Notes under the pieces: generated by a model
Database searches by the model: none
Seen by the model: the letters and a program-made list of their open reading frames with translations, nothing else
What the model was told of the DNA's origin: nothing
Part shown: in pieces, positions 38,461-48,937 of the stretch
How the letters are laid out: each line of letters opens with the position of its first letter
How positions within the stretch are numbered: the stretch's first letter is position 1
Made by a program: the position numbers and the translations under genes
Origin: Fibrobacteria bacterium
Lineage (GTDB): Bacteria; Fibrobacterota; Fibrobacteria; UBA11236
DNA: 64,000 nt
Assembly: GCA_043732185.1 (NCBI GenBank)
Contig: JAYTHY010000050.1
Coordinates: 32,034 to 96,033 of the forward strand
Reading direction: 5' to 3'

Positions 38461-39369
38461 ATGAAAAATAATTTATCCAAAGCCATTTCCTATACCGCCT
38501 ACCCGTTATTGCTTGCTGCCACTCTAGTTACCATCTACCTGGTCGACAACAGACATTGGGACTTGAAACGCGCCATGCTAATCTACTCTCTAGGCCTTGT
38601 CTTTGTGTTGATTTCACTCGAACGCACATTTCCGATTTCCCGGCAATGGGGCATGTCCTTTTCCAGTTTCCTCCGGGACATTAAATACTTGTTCACTTCG
38701 AGCCTAACTATCGGCTTGGTGAGATGGAGTTTCGGCGTACTGGCTATCATTCTCAGTGAGCATCACCGTGGACCTCTTGCAGAGGTCTCCTTATGGATCA
38801 GTGTGGCGGTCTTTCTTGTTGTTTTCGAGTTCATCCACTATTGGTTTCACAGATTGAGCCACGAAGGCTCTGGAAAAATAGGCTCGTTTTTATGGAGTGC
38901 CCATGCTGCCCATCATATGCCAGATCGAGTGTATGTTGTCATGCATGCCGTATTCCATCCGGTCAACGCCTTTATATCGGCAATCATAATCCAGTCAACT
39001 TTTCTTATACTGGGACTCTCACCGCAAGCGGTATTCGCAGCGATGCTGATCCTCGACTTGCAGGCTATGGTCTCTCACTTCAATGTGGATATTCGAGCTG
39101 GACTGTTAAACTACGTGTTTTCCGGCACCGAACTCCATCGTTACCATCATAGCACCTCCATTTCAGAAGCCCAAAATTTCGGCGTTGTGCTTACCCTATG
39201 GGACCTTGTATTCGGCACATTCAAATACCAGCCCGGAAAATTACCAGCAAGGCTAGGTTTAGACGGGACGGGAGAATACCCCCATTCTCGAAATTTCTTG
39301 CAAGTCCTGGCCCTGCCATTTCAGCATCCTCAGTTTTTGAAAAAAACCATTGAACTGGAAGTTCAATAA
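38461..39369 (+). CDS. Sterol desaturase / fatty-acid hydroxylase family protein
   Basis: His boxes YWFHRLSH, HAAHH, SHFN, HRYHH, WDLVFGT. Confidence 0.92.
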   Translation: MKNNLSKAISYTAYPLLLAATLVTIYLVDNRHWDLKRAMLIYSLGLVFVLISLERTFPISRQWGMSFSSFLRDIKYLFTSSLTIGLVRWSFGVLAIILSEHHRGPLAEVSLWISVAVFLVVFEFIHYWFHRLSHEGSGKIGSFLWSAHAAHHMPDRVYVVMHAVFHPVNAFISAIIIQSTFLILGLSPQAVFAAMLILDLQAMVSHFNVDIRAGLLNYVFSGTELHRYHHSTSISEAQNFGVVLTLWDLVFGTFKYQPGKLPARLGLDGTGEYPHSRNFLQVLALPFQHPQFLKKTIELEVQ

Positions 39370-39561
39370 CATTGGAGCAACTTTCAAAAGGAGTCTCTGT
39401 AAATTACTTGGATTGGAATCAGAAGGAATTCCAATGTTCAATCGGTATGATTCCACTTGCTGGCACTCAGTTGACCAATTTGGGGTGAATGGAAAGCGCA
39501 TCAAAGACTTTTCGAGTACTGCGCTCTTTACGCCCTGACGAGCAAGCTGTAGAATAAGAGC

Positions 39562-40338
39562 ATGCAACCCCTGGTTCTGGCAGCATTGGTTACCGGCCTT
39601 TTACTATCCTGCCAATATCCGTGGAGCCCGGCGGAACGCGCCTGCGCGGATCACGCCAAATTGGATCTGCCCATCGATTTGCAGGTGTTTGCCCCCAAAG
39701 GCACCTTACGCCCTTTTGGCATCCATGGAGGAGCCAATCCGGAAGGCCATCCCGGGCTGGACTTTATTCTCAACGCCACTGATGCCGCCGGTGACCCTGA
39801 AGTGCTCGCTTCCTTTTCGGCAACCGTTCTCTCCATTACTCCCGAAACGGAATATCCCGGCAGCTCCTGCCTGGTCATGGACTCGGCCTGTGTAGAAGTG
39901 AATCTATGCCACGTGCGCCTGGACGCCAGCATCAAAGCAGGCACCCATGTTATCCGTGGACAAAAGTTGGGAACCGTTGGGCCGAAAATAACCGGAGGCC
40001 AATACAATCTTCATTTTGGCACTTATTCCGGTCCTGAAGCAGACCTAACTTGCCCGGATGCCTACCTGGATATCGAAACCATCCGCTGCGTCCTGGGCCT
40101 GTCGGTAGGGGATTCCATGCCCAAAAACTGTAGCCCCATGCAGAACACATCAACGATGCTGGGACGATCCGTTTTCCCAGAAACTTCGGCCAGGGATATG
40201 CTGGTCAAATGCGCGGACAGTTCCATCCAACTTTTTCACCTCCCTGCAGAAACCGGATTCTGTGCCTCTCGACTGTCCGCAGCGGATCGCTCCCGCATGA
40301 ATGCATGCTTGGGTTCGGCTTGCGCCGGCATCTGGTAA
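39562..40338 (+). CDS. Cys-rich lipoprotein with M23 peptidase-like domain
   Basis: Lipobox LLSC; HPGLDF, VIRGQKLGTVG, NLHFG. Confidence 0.7.
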   Translation: MQPLVLAALVTGLLLSCQYPWSPAERACADHAKLDLPIDLQVFAPKGTLRPFGIHGGANPEGHPGLDFILNATDAAGDPEVLASFSATVLSITPETEYPGSSCLVMDSACVEVNLCHVRLDASIKAGTHVIRGQKLGTVGPKITGGQYNLHFGTYSGPEADLTCPDAYLDIETIRCVLGLSVGDSMPKNCSPMQNTSTMLGRSVFPETSARDMLVKCADSSIQLFHLPAETGFCASRLSAADRSRMNACLGSACAGIW

Positions 40339-40447
40339 AATCCATTACCTCTAAGATTTCGCCCCCTTAGGGGCTGACTGCGTCAATAAATCAGAAAATG
40401 ACCCTTTTTTCTAAAATTCCCCAAGTCCATTTTCGTATGCTAGCATT

Positions 40448-41020
40448 ATGTTAAGGACTGGAGGGAATCGCGTTTTGCGCAGTGCGAATTCCAAATACAA
40501 ATTTTACCAGCACGGACGAGGCCTAAGCCTAGGTTGTTTTTTGTTGTTGCTTTCGGCCTTGCTATCCTCTGCCCAAAATTTAGGCCTGGGAACGGGCTCT
40601 CGGAACAGTTCTGAGCCCGATTCTTCCAGCCAGGTACCTACCCAACCCGTTCAAAAAAACGCTTCCACCTCAATGCGCCATGATGACACTTCGCCGCGTA
40701 AATCACAGCTAAACCGGCGTTTGGGTTTGCTGGGACGTAAAGATGGGCGGCTTGATCCCAAGATGTTTGAGGCACGGGGCCGCGAGCTTCAAGGTCAATA
40801 CTATGAAATTGAAGAAAGCGTTAAAAATCCCGCCCAATGGTCCACTACGCCGATTGAACTTGCTGCTGAAAAGCAAAAAATCCATTCTAAGCAATGGCTG
40901 TATTGGGTTGGAGCGGCCGGAGTGGTTGGCGTCTCTGCAGGTACGGCGGGATTTATCCTGATGGGACAAGCCCACCCTTCCATATCTCCACCAAAGATTA
41001 TTACTCTGGACGATAAATAA
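40448..41020 (+). CDS. Hypothetical exported protein with C-terminal hydrophobic segment
   Basis: Signal-like segment; KQWLYWVGAAGVVG; stop overlaps next start. Confidence 0.6.
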   Translation: MLRTGGNRVLRSANSKYKFYQHGRGLSLGCFLLLLSALLSSAQNLGLGTGSRNSSEPDSSSQVPTQPVQKNASTSMRHDDTSPRKSQLNRRLGLLGRKDGRLDPKMFEARGRELQGQYYEIEESVKNPAQWSTTPIELAAEKQKIHSKQWLYWVGAAGVVGVSAGTAGFILMGQAHPSISPPKIITLDDK

Positions 41021-42000
41021 TGACTCGCGGGCGACTGGTTTCCATTTTCACCACGGCCTGCTCTGCCTTGTTGTTCGTTGGTTGCCAGCTTGTCAATCCC
41101 CTCCCGCCTGAGAATATTCTTCGACTTTCGTTAAACGACAGTTTAAAACAATATGAAAACGTGATAATAAAAATCGTGGATATTAATGATACGAGCAAGG
41201 TTTTAGAAACTGTTTGGTCTGCACCAATATCAGACCCAACCAAGTTCCCAGACTATACATTGACAAAGGCAAACGGCAAGGATTTTATAGTTCGAGTGGA
41301 TGGCTACAAGGACGGTGACCAACTTTTTCTGGAAACGCTCATCTTTTACCAAGGCGGAAAAAAAACTGTGGTCCACAACGTCGTACCTCCATATAAACCA
41401 CGGAACCAACTAATATCGCTTTTGCCTTCCAAAGGGACGCTATCCCCAACATTCAATCGGGAGGCACTGCTTTATACGCTTTCCACTGCCGCCGGGATCT
41501 CCTCGGTAACATTAACTCCGACTCCAATCTTCAGGGGTGCACGGACAGCGATTTTCCTATTCCCGGATACTGTAACTGATTACTCTTTGCAACCCATCCC
41601 CGTTGGACTAACTAAGGACACAATACTGTTGCGAGTAACGGATAGCAGTCAGAGTGTAGCCTACACCCTGACGTACCGGATTGCCTTAAACCCCACTTTG
41701 CCGCCAAGTGCAAAATTGAAAAGCCTTGTCTGCAGCAGCGGGATATTAAAACCTTCTTTTAGCCCAGACATAGATTTCTACACCCTTGAACTTCCTACAA
41801 ATGTCCCCAGCGTCTCTTTTATTTTAAATTCCCAGGATCCTTCGATCATGATTATGAAATTTAAAGGGCAACCGCTCTTTGAAGGCGTCTTATCCTCTCC
41901 AACTTTTGTGGACGCAGGCCTTTCAACGGACGCATTCTTTGAAGTTTCCCTGCCGGGTGGCACGGTCAAAAATTACCAAATCATCATCAACCGCTTATAG
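41020..42000 (+). CDS. Lipoprotein with cadherin-like beta-sandwich domains
   Basis: Lipobox FVGC; two GTLSPTF/GILKPSF...YTL repeats. Confidence 0.75.
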   Translation: MTRGRLVSIFTTACSALLFVGCQLVNPLPPENILRLSLNDSLKQYENVIIKIVDINDTSKVLETVWSAPISDPTKFPDYTLTKANGKDFIVRVDGYKDGDQLFLETLIFYQGGKKTVVHNVVPPYKPRNQLISLLPSKGTLSPTFNREALLYTLSTAAGISSVTLTPTPIFRGARTAIFLFPDTVTDYSLQPIPVGLTKDTILLRVTDSSQSVAYTLTYRIALNPTLPPSAKLKSLVCSSGILKPSFSPDIDFYTLELPTNVPSVSFILNSQDPSIMIMKFKGQPLFEGVLSSPTFVDAGLSTDAFFEVSLPGGTVKNYQIIINRL

Positions 42001-43300
42001 CTTCGAATACCGCCACGCATTCCACATGCCGGGTGTGCGGAAACATATCTACCGGGGTAATCGAAACCAGCCGGAACGCATCAGCCAAGGCACGGGCGTC
42101 ACGAGCCAAAGTCGGGGGAAAACAGGACACATAAATGAGGCGCTTTAAACCCATGGCCATCAAGGCTTCGCGGACCTTGGCTTCCATGCCCTTGCGGGGC
42201 GGATCGGCAATGGCGATTTCAAAATGGCGCGGGTCCGCGTGGCTGCCTCCTCGCTCATGGCCTTCACGAATATCCGTCAAGGCCAAGGCCACATCTGCCG
42301 CAGCGAATTCCACATTGGTCACTCCATTCGCACTTGCGGCCAGGCGCGCCGCTTCTACCGAAGCTGTATTTTCTTCTATGCCGAGTACCTGACTTGCCCG
42401 GCGGGAAGCCCAAAGGGCGATGGATCCCAATCCCGAATACAAATCCAGCACAGTGGCCCCGGAAGGAATATTGTTCACAGCGAGATCATAGAGATGCGGT
42501 GTCTGGAAAGGATTGACTTGGAAAAAAGTGGAAATCCCAACCGTAAATGTGAAAGGTCCCAGAATTTCCTCCAGATGGGCGCGCCCCCACAGCACTTTCT
42601 CCTCTCCGCGCAGGACCACATTGGTGCGTTCCGTATTGATGCACTGGACAATGCCGACCAAGTTATTTTTCCCATGGGCGGGAAATGCCGCAGTGTTTTC
42701 GGTTGGTGGAACAAGGGAGGCCAGCCCGTTCTGCAGGCTTTCCACTAAATCGGGCAGATGGATCTGGTACTCGGTTCCCGGACCGTTGGTTACAAGTCCA
42801 AGGATGATTTCGCCGGTGCCGGAACCTTTGCGTAACAATAAATGACGCAGCCAACCTATACCGGAATCCTCCCGATATACTGGAATGCTATGCGTAATGG
42901 CCCATGCGCGCACCGTCCAGGCCGCTTGGGAAAGTCCAGCATCCTGGACCAGACATTCCTCCTGATCGACAACCAAGTGAGAACCAGCCGCATAACAGCC
43001 CATGGTGGCCAGAATGGAGGGCGCATTGGCAGCCATTCCCCTTCTCTTCATGTCTTTCCATTCCATTCCCCGGCTTTCCAGACCAAAAGGCAATTGCACT
43101 TTATGTCGATAGGAATAAATGTGTGGACTGGGCAGAATTTCAGCGATGGAAAGATTGGGCCAATCGGAAAAATGCCTACGCAATTCCTCCGTCTTGGCTA
43201 GGAGTTGTTCAGGATAATCCAGATCCAAAATCTGACACCCGCCACAAGCCGGGAAATGTTTACATACAGCTGCCATGTGCTCTTTCGTTAGGAACGGCAT
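41987..43300 (-). CDS. rlmD: 23S rRNA m5U methyltransferase (RlmD/RumA family, no TRAM domain)
   Basis: CKHFPACGGC, FFQVN, LDLYSGLG, DPPRKG, YVSC, DMFPHTRHVE. Confidence 0.9.
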   Translation of the reverse strand: MPFLTKEHMAAVCKHFPACGGCQILDLDYPEQLLAKTEELRRHFSDWPNLSIAEILPSPHIYSYRHKVQLPFGLESRGMEWKDMKRRGMAANAPSILATMGCYAAGSHLVVDQEECLVQDAGLSQAAWTVRAWAITHSIPVYREDSGIGWLRHLLLRKGSGTGEIILGLVTNGPGTEYQIHLPDLVESLQNGLASLVPPTENTAAFPAHGKNNLVGIVQCINTERTNVVLRGEEKVLWGRAHLEEILGPFTFTVGISTFFQVNPFQTPHLYDLAVNNIPSGATVLDLYSGLGSIALWASRRASQVLGIEENTASVEAARLAASANGVTNVEFAAADVALALTDIREGHERGGSHADPRHFEIAIADPPRKGMEAKVREALMAMGLKRLIYVSCFPPTLARDARALADAFRLVSITPVDMFPHTRHVECVAVFEAISG

Positions 43301-43350
43301 GAAAATGCAAAACCTGGACTAAAGGGGCAAGGATCATAAAGGGGTAAGGA

Positions 43351-45327
43351 TCAGGATAAACGCGCGGCGGAATCGAGAAGGGAACGGACCCGTGCCGCCA
43401 GTTTGGGCGGAGTGAAGGGTTTTTCCAGGAAGGCGTTGGAGGGTATGGCAATTCCGTGATCGGCTAAATACTCATGAGAATGACCGGAAATAAACAGCAT
43501 CCTCTGATCGGGTTTTAAGACTTGAATTTTTTCCCATAGCACATGGCCACCTTCACCGCGCAGCATGACATCCGTTACTATCAAGTCAATGGATTCCGGC
43601 ATCTCTTCCAGAATAGTAAAAGCTTCACTGACGGAGGCAGTTTCCTGCACAGTGTACCCGAATCGTTCCAATACGGTTCGCAACATATCCCGAAGACTGG
43701 AATCATCTTCCACAAGCAGAATCGTTTCCCGGTTTCCTTCTGTATTCCAGCCCCTTTGGGTGTCCACCACTTGCGGTGGTTTTTCCGGCCCCTCGGTGCC
43801 CACGCAAAGTGCAATAGCAATTCGACTGCCCTCGCCCAATGTACTTGTTACGGAAAGGCCGCCGCCCAGCTGGTTGACCCTACCATAAACGGTAGCCAGT
43901 CCAAGTCCGGTGCCGTATCCGCCCTGCTTAGTAGAGAAAAACGGCTCGAATAGATTTTCCAATGTTGCCCGAGTCATGCCTAGGCCTGTGTCTTCAACTG
44001 TTAAGGTCACACAGTTTCCGGCAACCGGTTTGAGATGCGAATACCTGCCTGCACTAGGCGAGGCTGGGTCTGTGGTCAGCGTGAGGAATCCACCTTGAGG
44101 CATGGCTTCCTTTGCATTGAGGCATAGATTCACCACCAGCTGCTCCAACTGATTGGGTTCAATTGGCACCCACACATTCGGCGCGCGTAACGCCCATCTC
44201 AATTCTATATCTTGTCCCAAAAGTTTTTCCAATAGCGGGGCCATGACCACTAGCGCGGCATCGAGGCATAACGCTTTTTTTCCAGCCGGTTCGGCGTGAC
44301 TGAAAGAGAGCAGGCGTCGCGTCATATCCGCCGCGGTTTGACCTGCGCGGCGAATGGCATTGAGTCCATGGTTGACTGGACCAGTTTCCGGAGTCAAGGT
44401 TAAGAGATGTTCGCTATAGCCATTGATGGAGGTCAAAAGATTGTTGAAATCATGGGCGACACCGCCTGCCAGCCTAGCCAACGCTTCCATTTTTCGAGTT
44501 TGATGCCATTGCTGCGCATCCTGGCGTTCTAGATCGCCAGTAGTCTCGTCCATCGCCGCCATGTACAAGGCTACGGCGGGTGCATTGTTCAACAGCGCGC
44601 CCTTTACAAAAACCCGGCATTTGCGAATCGCTCCATCGGGCCTGGAAATTTCAGCATCAAATCGCGCCTCAGGGATTTCCCTGGATCCATCCGCATCCAG
44701 TGCCTTTTCTAGCAAGACACGGGCATCGGTAGGAAAAAGATCGAGTACGGAAAGTCGCGTTAACTCATCCTCGGACCGACCCAGAGTCGTCAATGAATCA
44801 GGATTGGCCATCACCACTCGGCGACCTACAGCCAATAGAATGCCGATAGGTGCGGAATCAAAAAGGGCCCGGTAGCGACGGGTTTCGGCCCGATTTCTAA
44901 GCACAGATTGTCGCAACGCCACGGCTAAAACTTTTTCATCCAGCTCGTCTCTTTGTAAACAAGCCTGGGCCCCTTCGTTTATCATGGCTTCCGCAATATG
45001 GCCACTCGCGCTTTTTCCTAGGGTAACAATGGGGATACCTGGGAAGAGGGCACGGGCCAAACGGAATGCATCCAGGCCTTGGTCCTCGGGAGATATTGCG
45101 GCAGCGGAAGTCGTCAAATCGATAAGAATGAGATCACAGTTGTGTCCGGCGGAACGACTATCCGCCAACAGTCGAACGGCGGCAGTCAAACGGTCAGTGC
45201 GCAAGAATTTAAAATTGGGTTCCGCTGCTAACATGGCGGCTATCAAACCGTTGCGGCCTTCCACCAAGAGAATGGTTAAGGGTGTTTGGTTCGGCATCTG
45301 CACTCCTGGAGTCAGAGTCACTGGCAA
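43351..45327 (-). CDS. Hybrid sensor kinase REC-PAS-HisKA-HATPase-REC
   Basis: GVAHDFNNLL, NLCLNA, DTGLGM, FEPFFSTK, GLGL, C-terminal VEDD/TDV/EKPF. Confidence 0.93.
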   Translation of the reverse strand: MPVTLTPGVQMPNQTPLTILLVEGRNGLIAAMLAAEPNFKFLRTDRLTAAVRLLADSRSAGHNCDLILIDLTTSAAAISPEDQGLDAFRLARALFPGIPIVTLGKSASGHIAEAMINEGAQACLQRDELDEKVLAVALRQSVLRNRAETRRYRALFDSAPIGILLAVGRRVVMANPDSLTTLGRSEDELTRLSVLDLFPTDARVLLEKALDADGSREIPEARFDAEISRPDGAIRKCRVFVKGALLNNAPAVALYMAAMDETTGDLERQDAQQWHQTRKMEALARLAGGVAHDFNNLLTSINGYSEHLLTLTPETGPVNHGLNAIRRAGQTAADMTRRLLSFSHAEPAGKKALCLDAALVVMAPLLEKLLGQDIELRWALRAPNVWVPIEPNQLEQLVVNLCLNAKEAMPQGGFLTLTTDPASPSAGRYSHLKPVAGNCVTLTVEDTGLGMTRATLENLFEPFFSTKQGGYGTGLGLATVYGRVNQLGGGLSVTSTLGEGSRIAIALCVGTEGPEKPPQVVDTQRGWNTEGNRETILLVEDDSSLRDMLRTVLERFGYTVQETASVSEAFTILEEMPESIDLIVTDVMLRGEGGHVLWEKIQVLKPDQRMLFISGHSHEYLADHGIAIPSNAFLEKPFTPPKLAARVRSLLDSAARLS

Positions 45328-45393
45328 GGTTTATAGTGACCGCACCAGCAAACAATACCATGGCGCGCCAGGCCATGACAACGGAATCGAAAA

Positions 45394-47937
45394 TCAGGGC
45401 CAGGGGTGTTTGGGATACCTTCTTTTCAACTCTTTTTTGACTTCCGGGTAGATATTGATCCAAAAACTGGTCAAATCGGAGGTTTTCTGTACAGTGCGAT
45501 AATTTGGGGCCAGAATATCGTAAATCACCTCTACCCGGCCTTCAAGCACCGTGGTCTTGCCGTTCATCCCCACGAAATCGCCCAATCGGGCCGCCAATTC
45601 CGGCGGCGAATTCTCAAAATAAGTGAGTTTACCTTGGCGGACTCCCGGAAGTTTCATCGTGACCGGAGCCACGCGGTCCAAAAAAGCCGTCATGGCGGGA
45701 CCCAAGTACTCGCGTAAGGCCTGCGTGACGGAAACGGTTTGCAATTCGCGCACCGAGGAGCGGCCTTGGCACATTTCATGGTAGAGCAATCGCCAATCCT
45801 CATTATCCAATTTGGGTAGACCGTATTCGGGAAAAAACTTTTGAGTCAGGCGAATGCGCTGCACCCATTGTTTGGCCTCGTCATCAAATAGGGGAAGTTC
45901 GATTTCACCGGACATTAACTTCTCCACCAGCAATCGCTCCGATTCCTCTGGATCGAGAATTCCATCTTTAAGAGCTCTTGCCTCCAGTGTCAGGCCGCGA
46001 AATAAAAGTTGCTCCTCTTGAATCACTCGCCCCTTGGCGGCGTCCCAGCCCCCCACCCTTTTCCATTGACATTCCCCAGGAAACGTTGCTGTTACCCAAG
46101 ACGCTTCACAAGCGAGTAAGACGGGAATGCTGACTTGACGGTTTTGGTTGGCACCACCGGTTTCATACAATTCCAACGCCACTATCACGTTGACATCCGA
46201 ACGCAGCTGACCGGGCTCTACAACCCCTTTGCGGCCATCGGCAAGTTGGAAACTCTGTGTCTTCCCCTGTCGCACGGCGATTCGATCTTGGAAAGGAATC
46301 AGCCAACAAACCGTGGCGGTTTCCCGGCTTCCTGAAATAACTGAGCTTCGTCCCACTATGCGCAGCAGTTGTTTGTAGGCTTCGCGGGTTTCCCGATCAA
46401 AATGCCTGGCATCCGGGTCCGCGGCCAAATCTTCACCTTGCAGAAATAGATCCAGAGACGGGCCTTTGGCTTTGCGACCCTGTGATTCTAAAATGGCCAC
46501 CATTGCCGCTACAGTCGCACCTATTCCCGCCTGCCGCGCATCGATCATTACTTTGGCCAGCACAGGATGCGCGGGGAAACGAGCCAAGGCGCGCCCCGTT
46601 TCCGTAATGACTCCAGTGCCTGGTGCCACTGCGCCGATTCTATGCAAAGACCTGACCGCCTTGTCCCAAAGGGCAGGAGCCGGTGGCACCAGCCAAGCAA
46701 CCAGATGGTCTTCTTGAACCGCCTGGCTATTGCGGCCATCATAGGTTTCCTTGTACCGGGCAAGTAAGGCATGCAAGGAAAGCAGCATGGAAGTGGGTTC
46801 AACGCGCAGCACTTCCGGATCCAGTGCTACGGGCATGGCCCTCTCTTTATCCGTGCTCCAGAGACGTATACACTGACCCGGTGCCGTACGACCGGCGCGT
46901 CCAGATCTTTGGCGTGCGCTTTGCAAGCTGATGGAAGTCAAGTATAAGGTGTTCATATCCCGCTGCGTGCTATACGCGGCGAGGCGAGCCATCCCCGAAT
47001 CAATAACGGCCGTGACTCCTGGTATGGTTAGAGAGGTTTCCGCCACATTGGTGGAAACGATAACGCAAGTACCCTGTTGCGGGGCCTGCAAAGTGCGCTG
47101 CTGTGCCTCCATATCCATGGATCCGTGAAGTTCAACCAAGGCCATGCCATGTTGACGGCAAAGTGGATCCAATACTTCCAACGTTCTTTTAATCTCACCC
47201 TGGCCTGGCATAAAAATGAGCACCGAGCCCGTTAATCCTTGGCCTAACAGCCGTTTTAAAGCCCGCTGGGCTTGCATAGGCAAAGGCTCTTGGGACAAGG
47301 AAGGTTGATGGGAAATATCCACTGGAAAAGTTTCCGCCAGGACTTCAATGACTGGAGCTGGCGCTAGATAGTGACCAAGACCCGATAGATCCAGGGTCGC
47401 GGACATAACCACAAGTTTGAGATCCGGACGCGCCTCTTCGCGAATCCGCTTCAGCCAAGCCAAAGTGGCGTCTGCCTCCAAAGTGCGTTCATGGAATTCA
47501 TCGAGAAGGACCGCTCCTACCCCGGATAATATGGGATCGCCAAGCAACTGTTGAAAAAATACACCGTACGTTTGGTAAAGAATGCGTGTGGACTCTTTGG
47601 ATTTTCCTTCGAAGCGTACTTGATAGCCGACTGTTTCACCCACCGGTTCGCCCATTTCCTCTGCGACGCGCAAAGCCAAATTGCGGGCAGCGATACGCCG
47701 TGGTTGTAAGACCAGGATTTTACCGGGACAATCGAGTAGAAACCTTGGCACTTGGGTGGATTTACCTGTGCCGGGTGGCGCACATAGAATCAGCGCTCTT
47801 TTATTTTCCAAAGCGGCGAGAATCGCCTCACGATGGGCAAGTATAGGAAGGGGACGCCCTTGATTTATTGGCTTTATTGCATTTACAGCACTTACAGCCT
47901 TACCAGGCTTATCCGCTTGCATGGCCCGAAATGTCAA
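45394..47937 (-). CDS. hrpB: ATP-dependent RNA helicase HrpB
   Basis: APPGTGKST, DEFHER, MSAT, TNVAETSLTI, QRSGRAGR, C-terminal RYPKHPWP. Confidence 0.93.
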   Translation of the reverse strand: MTFRAMQADKPGKAVSAVNAIKPINQGRPLPILAHREAILAALENKRALILCAPPGTGKSTQVPRFLLDCPGKILVLQPRRIAARNLALRVAEEMGEPVGETVGYQVRFEGKSKESTRILYQTYGVFFQQLLGDPILSGVGAVLLDEFHERTLEADATLAWLKRIREEARPDLKLVVMSATLDLSGLGHYLAPAPVIEVLAETFPVDISHQPSLSQEPLPMQAQRALKRLLGQGLTGSVLIFMPGQGEIKRTLEVLDPLCRQHGMALVELHGSMDMEAQQRTLQAPQQGTCVIVSTNVAETSLTIPGVTAVIDSGMARLAAYSTQRDMNTLYLTSISLQSARQRSGRAGRTAPGQCIRLWSTDKERAMPVALDPEVLRVEPTSMLLSLHALLARYKETYDGRNSQAVQEDHLVAWLVPPAPALWDKAVRSLHRIGAVAPGTGVITETGRALARFPAHPVLAKVMIDARQAGIGATVAAMVAILESQGRKAKGPSLDLFLQGEDLAADPDARHFDRETREAYKQLLRIVGRSSVISGSRETATVCWLIPFQDRIAVRQGKTQSFQLADGRKGVVEPGQLRSDVNVIVALELYETGGANQNRQVSIPVLLACEASWVTATFPGECQWKRVGGWDAAKGRVIQEEQLLFRGLTLEARALKDGILDPEESERLLVEKLMSGEIELPLFDDEAKQWVQRIRLTQKFFPEYGLPKLDNEDWRLLYHEMCQGRSSVRELQTVSVTQALREYLGPAMTAFLDRVAPVTMKLPGVRQGKLTYFENSPPELAARLGDFVGMNGKTTVLEGRVEVIYDILAPNYRTVQKTSDLTSFWINIYPEVKKELKRRYPKHPWP

Positions 47938-48135
47938 AAATCAAAGCTAGTGTTGCAACCTATGCCCTAAGTCTGAACGCAACCAAGCAGATGCCTAGAA
48001 GTCGCAGAGGTGTGGATTTTTGGAATAAAAACCAAAGTCCATTGGGCAGGCTCGTGCAGAAGTTGTATCGGGCCGGTTATGTGTGGGATAATAATTCCCA
48101 GTTACAGGATTGAAGCAACTTACGGGAAATAAATC

Positions 48136-48912
48136 GTGGATATAACAACTATTCTTGGTCCGGTTATCGCTATTGGCATGGTTCTGCTCGGCCTGATTCT
48201 AGAAGGTGGCAATATCATGGCCCTGGTTCAACCTACAGCCTTTATTATTGTTGGTGGCGGTTGCATGGGGGCTGTGGTGGCCAGCTTCCCTTTGGAACAA
48301 TTGATGCAGGCGATCAAAGCTTTAAAGGTTGTTATCAGCCCCCCAAAATCCGACCATGAAAAAGTAATCGCCGAGTTGAGCGACCTCTGCCAATTCGCCC
48401 GCAAGAACGGCATCATGGCTCTGGAATCCAAAGCCAAGGCCCATCCCGACGGCTTTACGCGCAAAGGGCTCACTTTGGTAGTCGATGGAATTGATCCTGC
48501 CATGCTCCTAAGCATTATGGAAACCGAACTGGAATCTTTCGAAGAGCATTCCAAGATTCCCATTCCAGTATTTGAGGCCGTTGGCGGTTATGCTCCCACT
48601 CTCGGTATCATTGGGGCCGTACTTGGACTTATCCATGTGATGGAAAACTTGGACGATCCTTCCAAGTTGGGTGGCGGTATTGCCGTGGCGTTTGTGGCTA
48701 CCATTTATGGCTTGGCTATCGCGAATGTCATTGCCCTTCCCATTGCCAGCAAGTACAAGATGCGCGTGGTCAATATGGTCCATGAAAAGAACATGATCTT
48801 GCAAGGACTGGTCGCACTGCAAAACGGAGAGAACCCGCATTTCCTGGGCCAGCGACTCCGCGCCTTCTTGGCGGAAAGCAGTCACGCGCCCAAAGAAGGC
48901 GCAGCGCATTAA
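48136..48912 (+). CDS. motA: Flagellar stator protein MotA
   Basis: ARKNGIMALE, GYAPTLGIIGAVLGLI, AFVATIYG, GENP. Confidence 0.93.
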   Translation: MDITTILGPVIAIGMVLLGLILEGGNIMALVQPTAFIIVGGGCMGAVVASFPLEQLMQAIKALKVVISPPKSDHEKVIAELSDLCQFARKNGIMALESKAKAHPDGFTRKGLTLVVDGIDPAMLLSIMETELESFEEHSKIPIPVFEAVGGYAPTLGIIGAVLGLIHVMENLDDPSKLGGGIAVAFVATIYGLAIANVIALPIASKYKMRVVNMVHEKNMILQGLVALQNGENPHFLGQRLRAFLAESSHAPKEGAAH

Positions 48913-48937
48913 AGCGGGGCCGCCCCTTTAGGATCCA

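Noticed and set aside
48043..48058. Possible sigma54 promoter TGGGCA-N5-GTGCA before motA
   Set aside because: Only the GG/GC spacing matches; single weak instance, could be chance.
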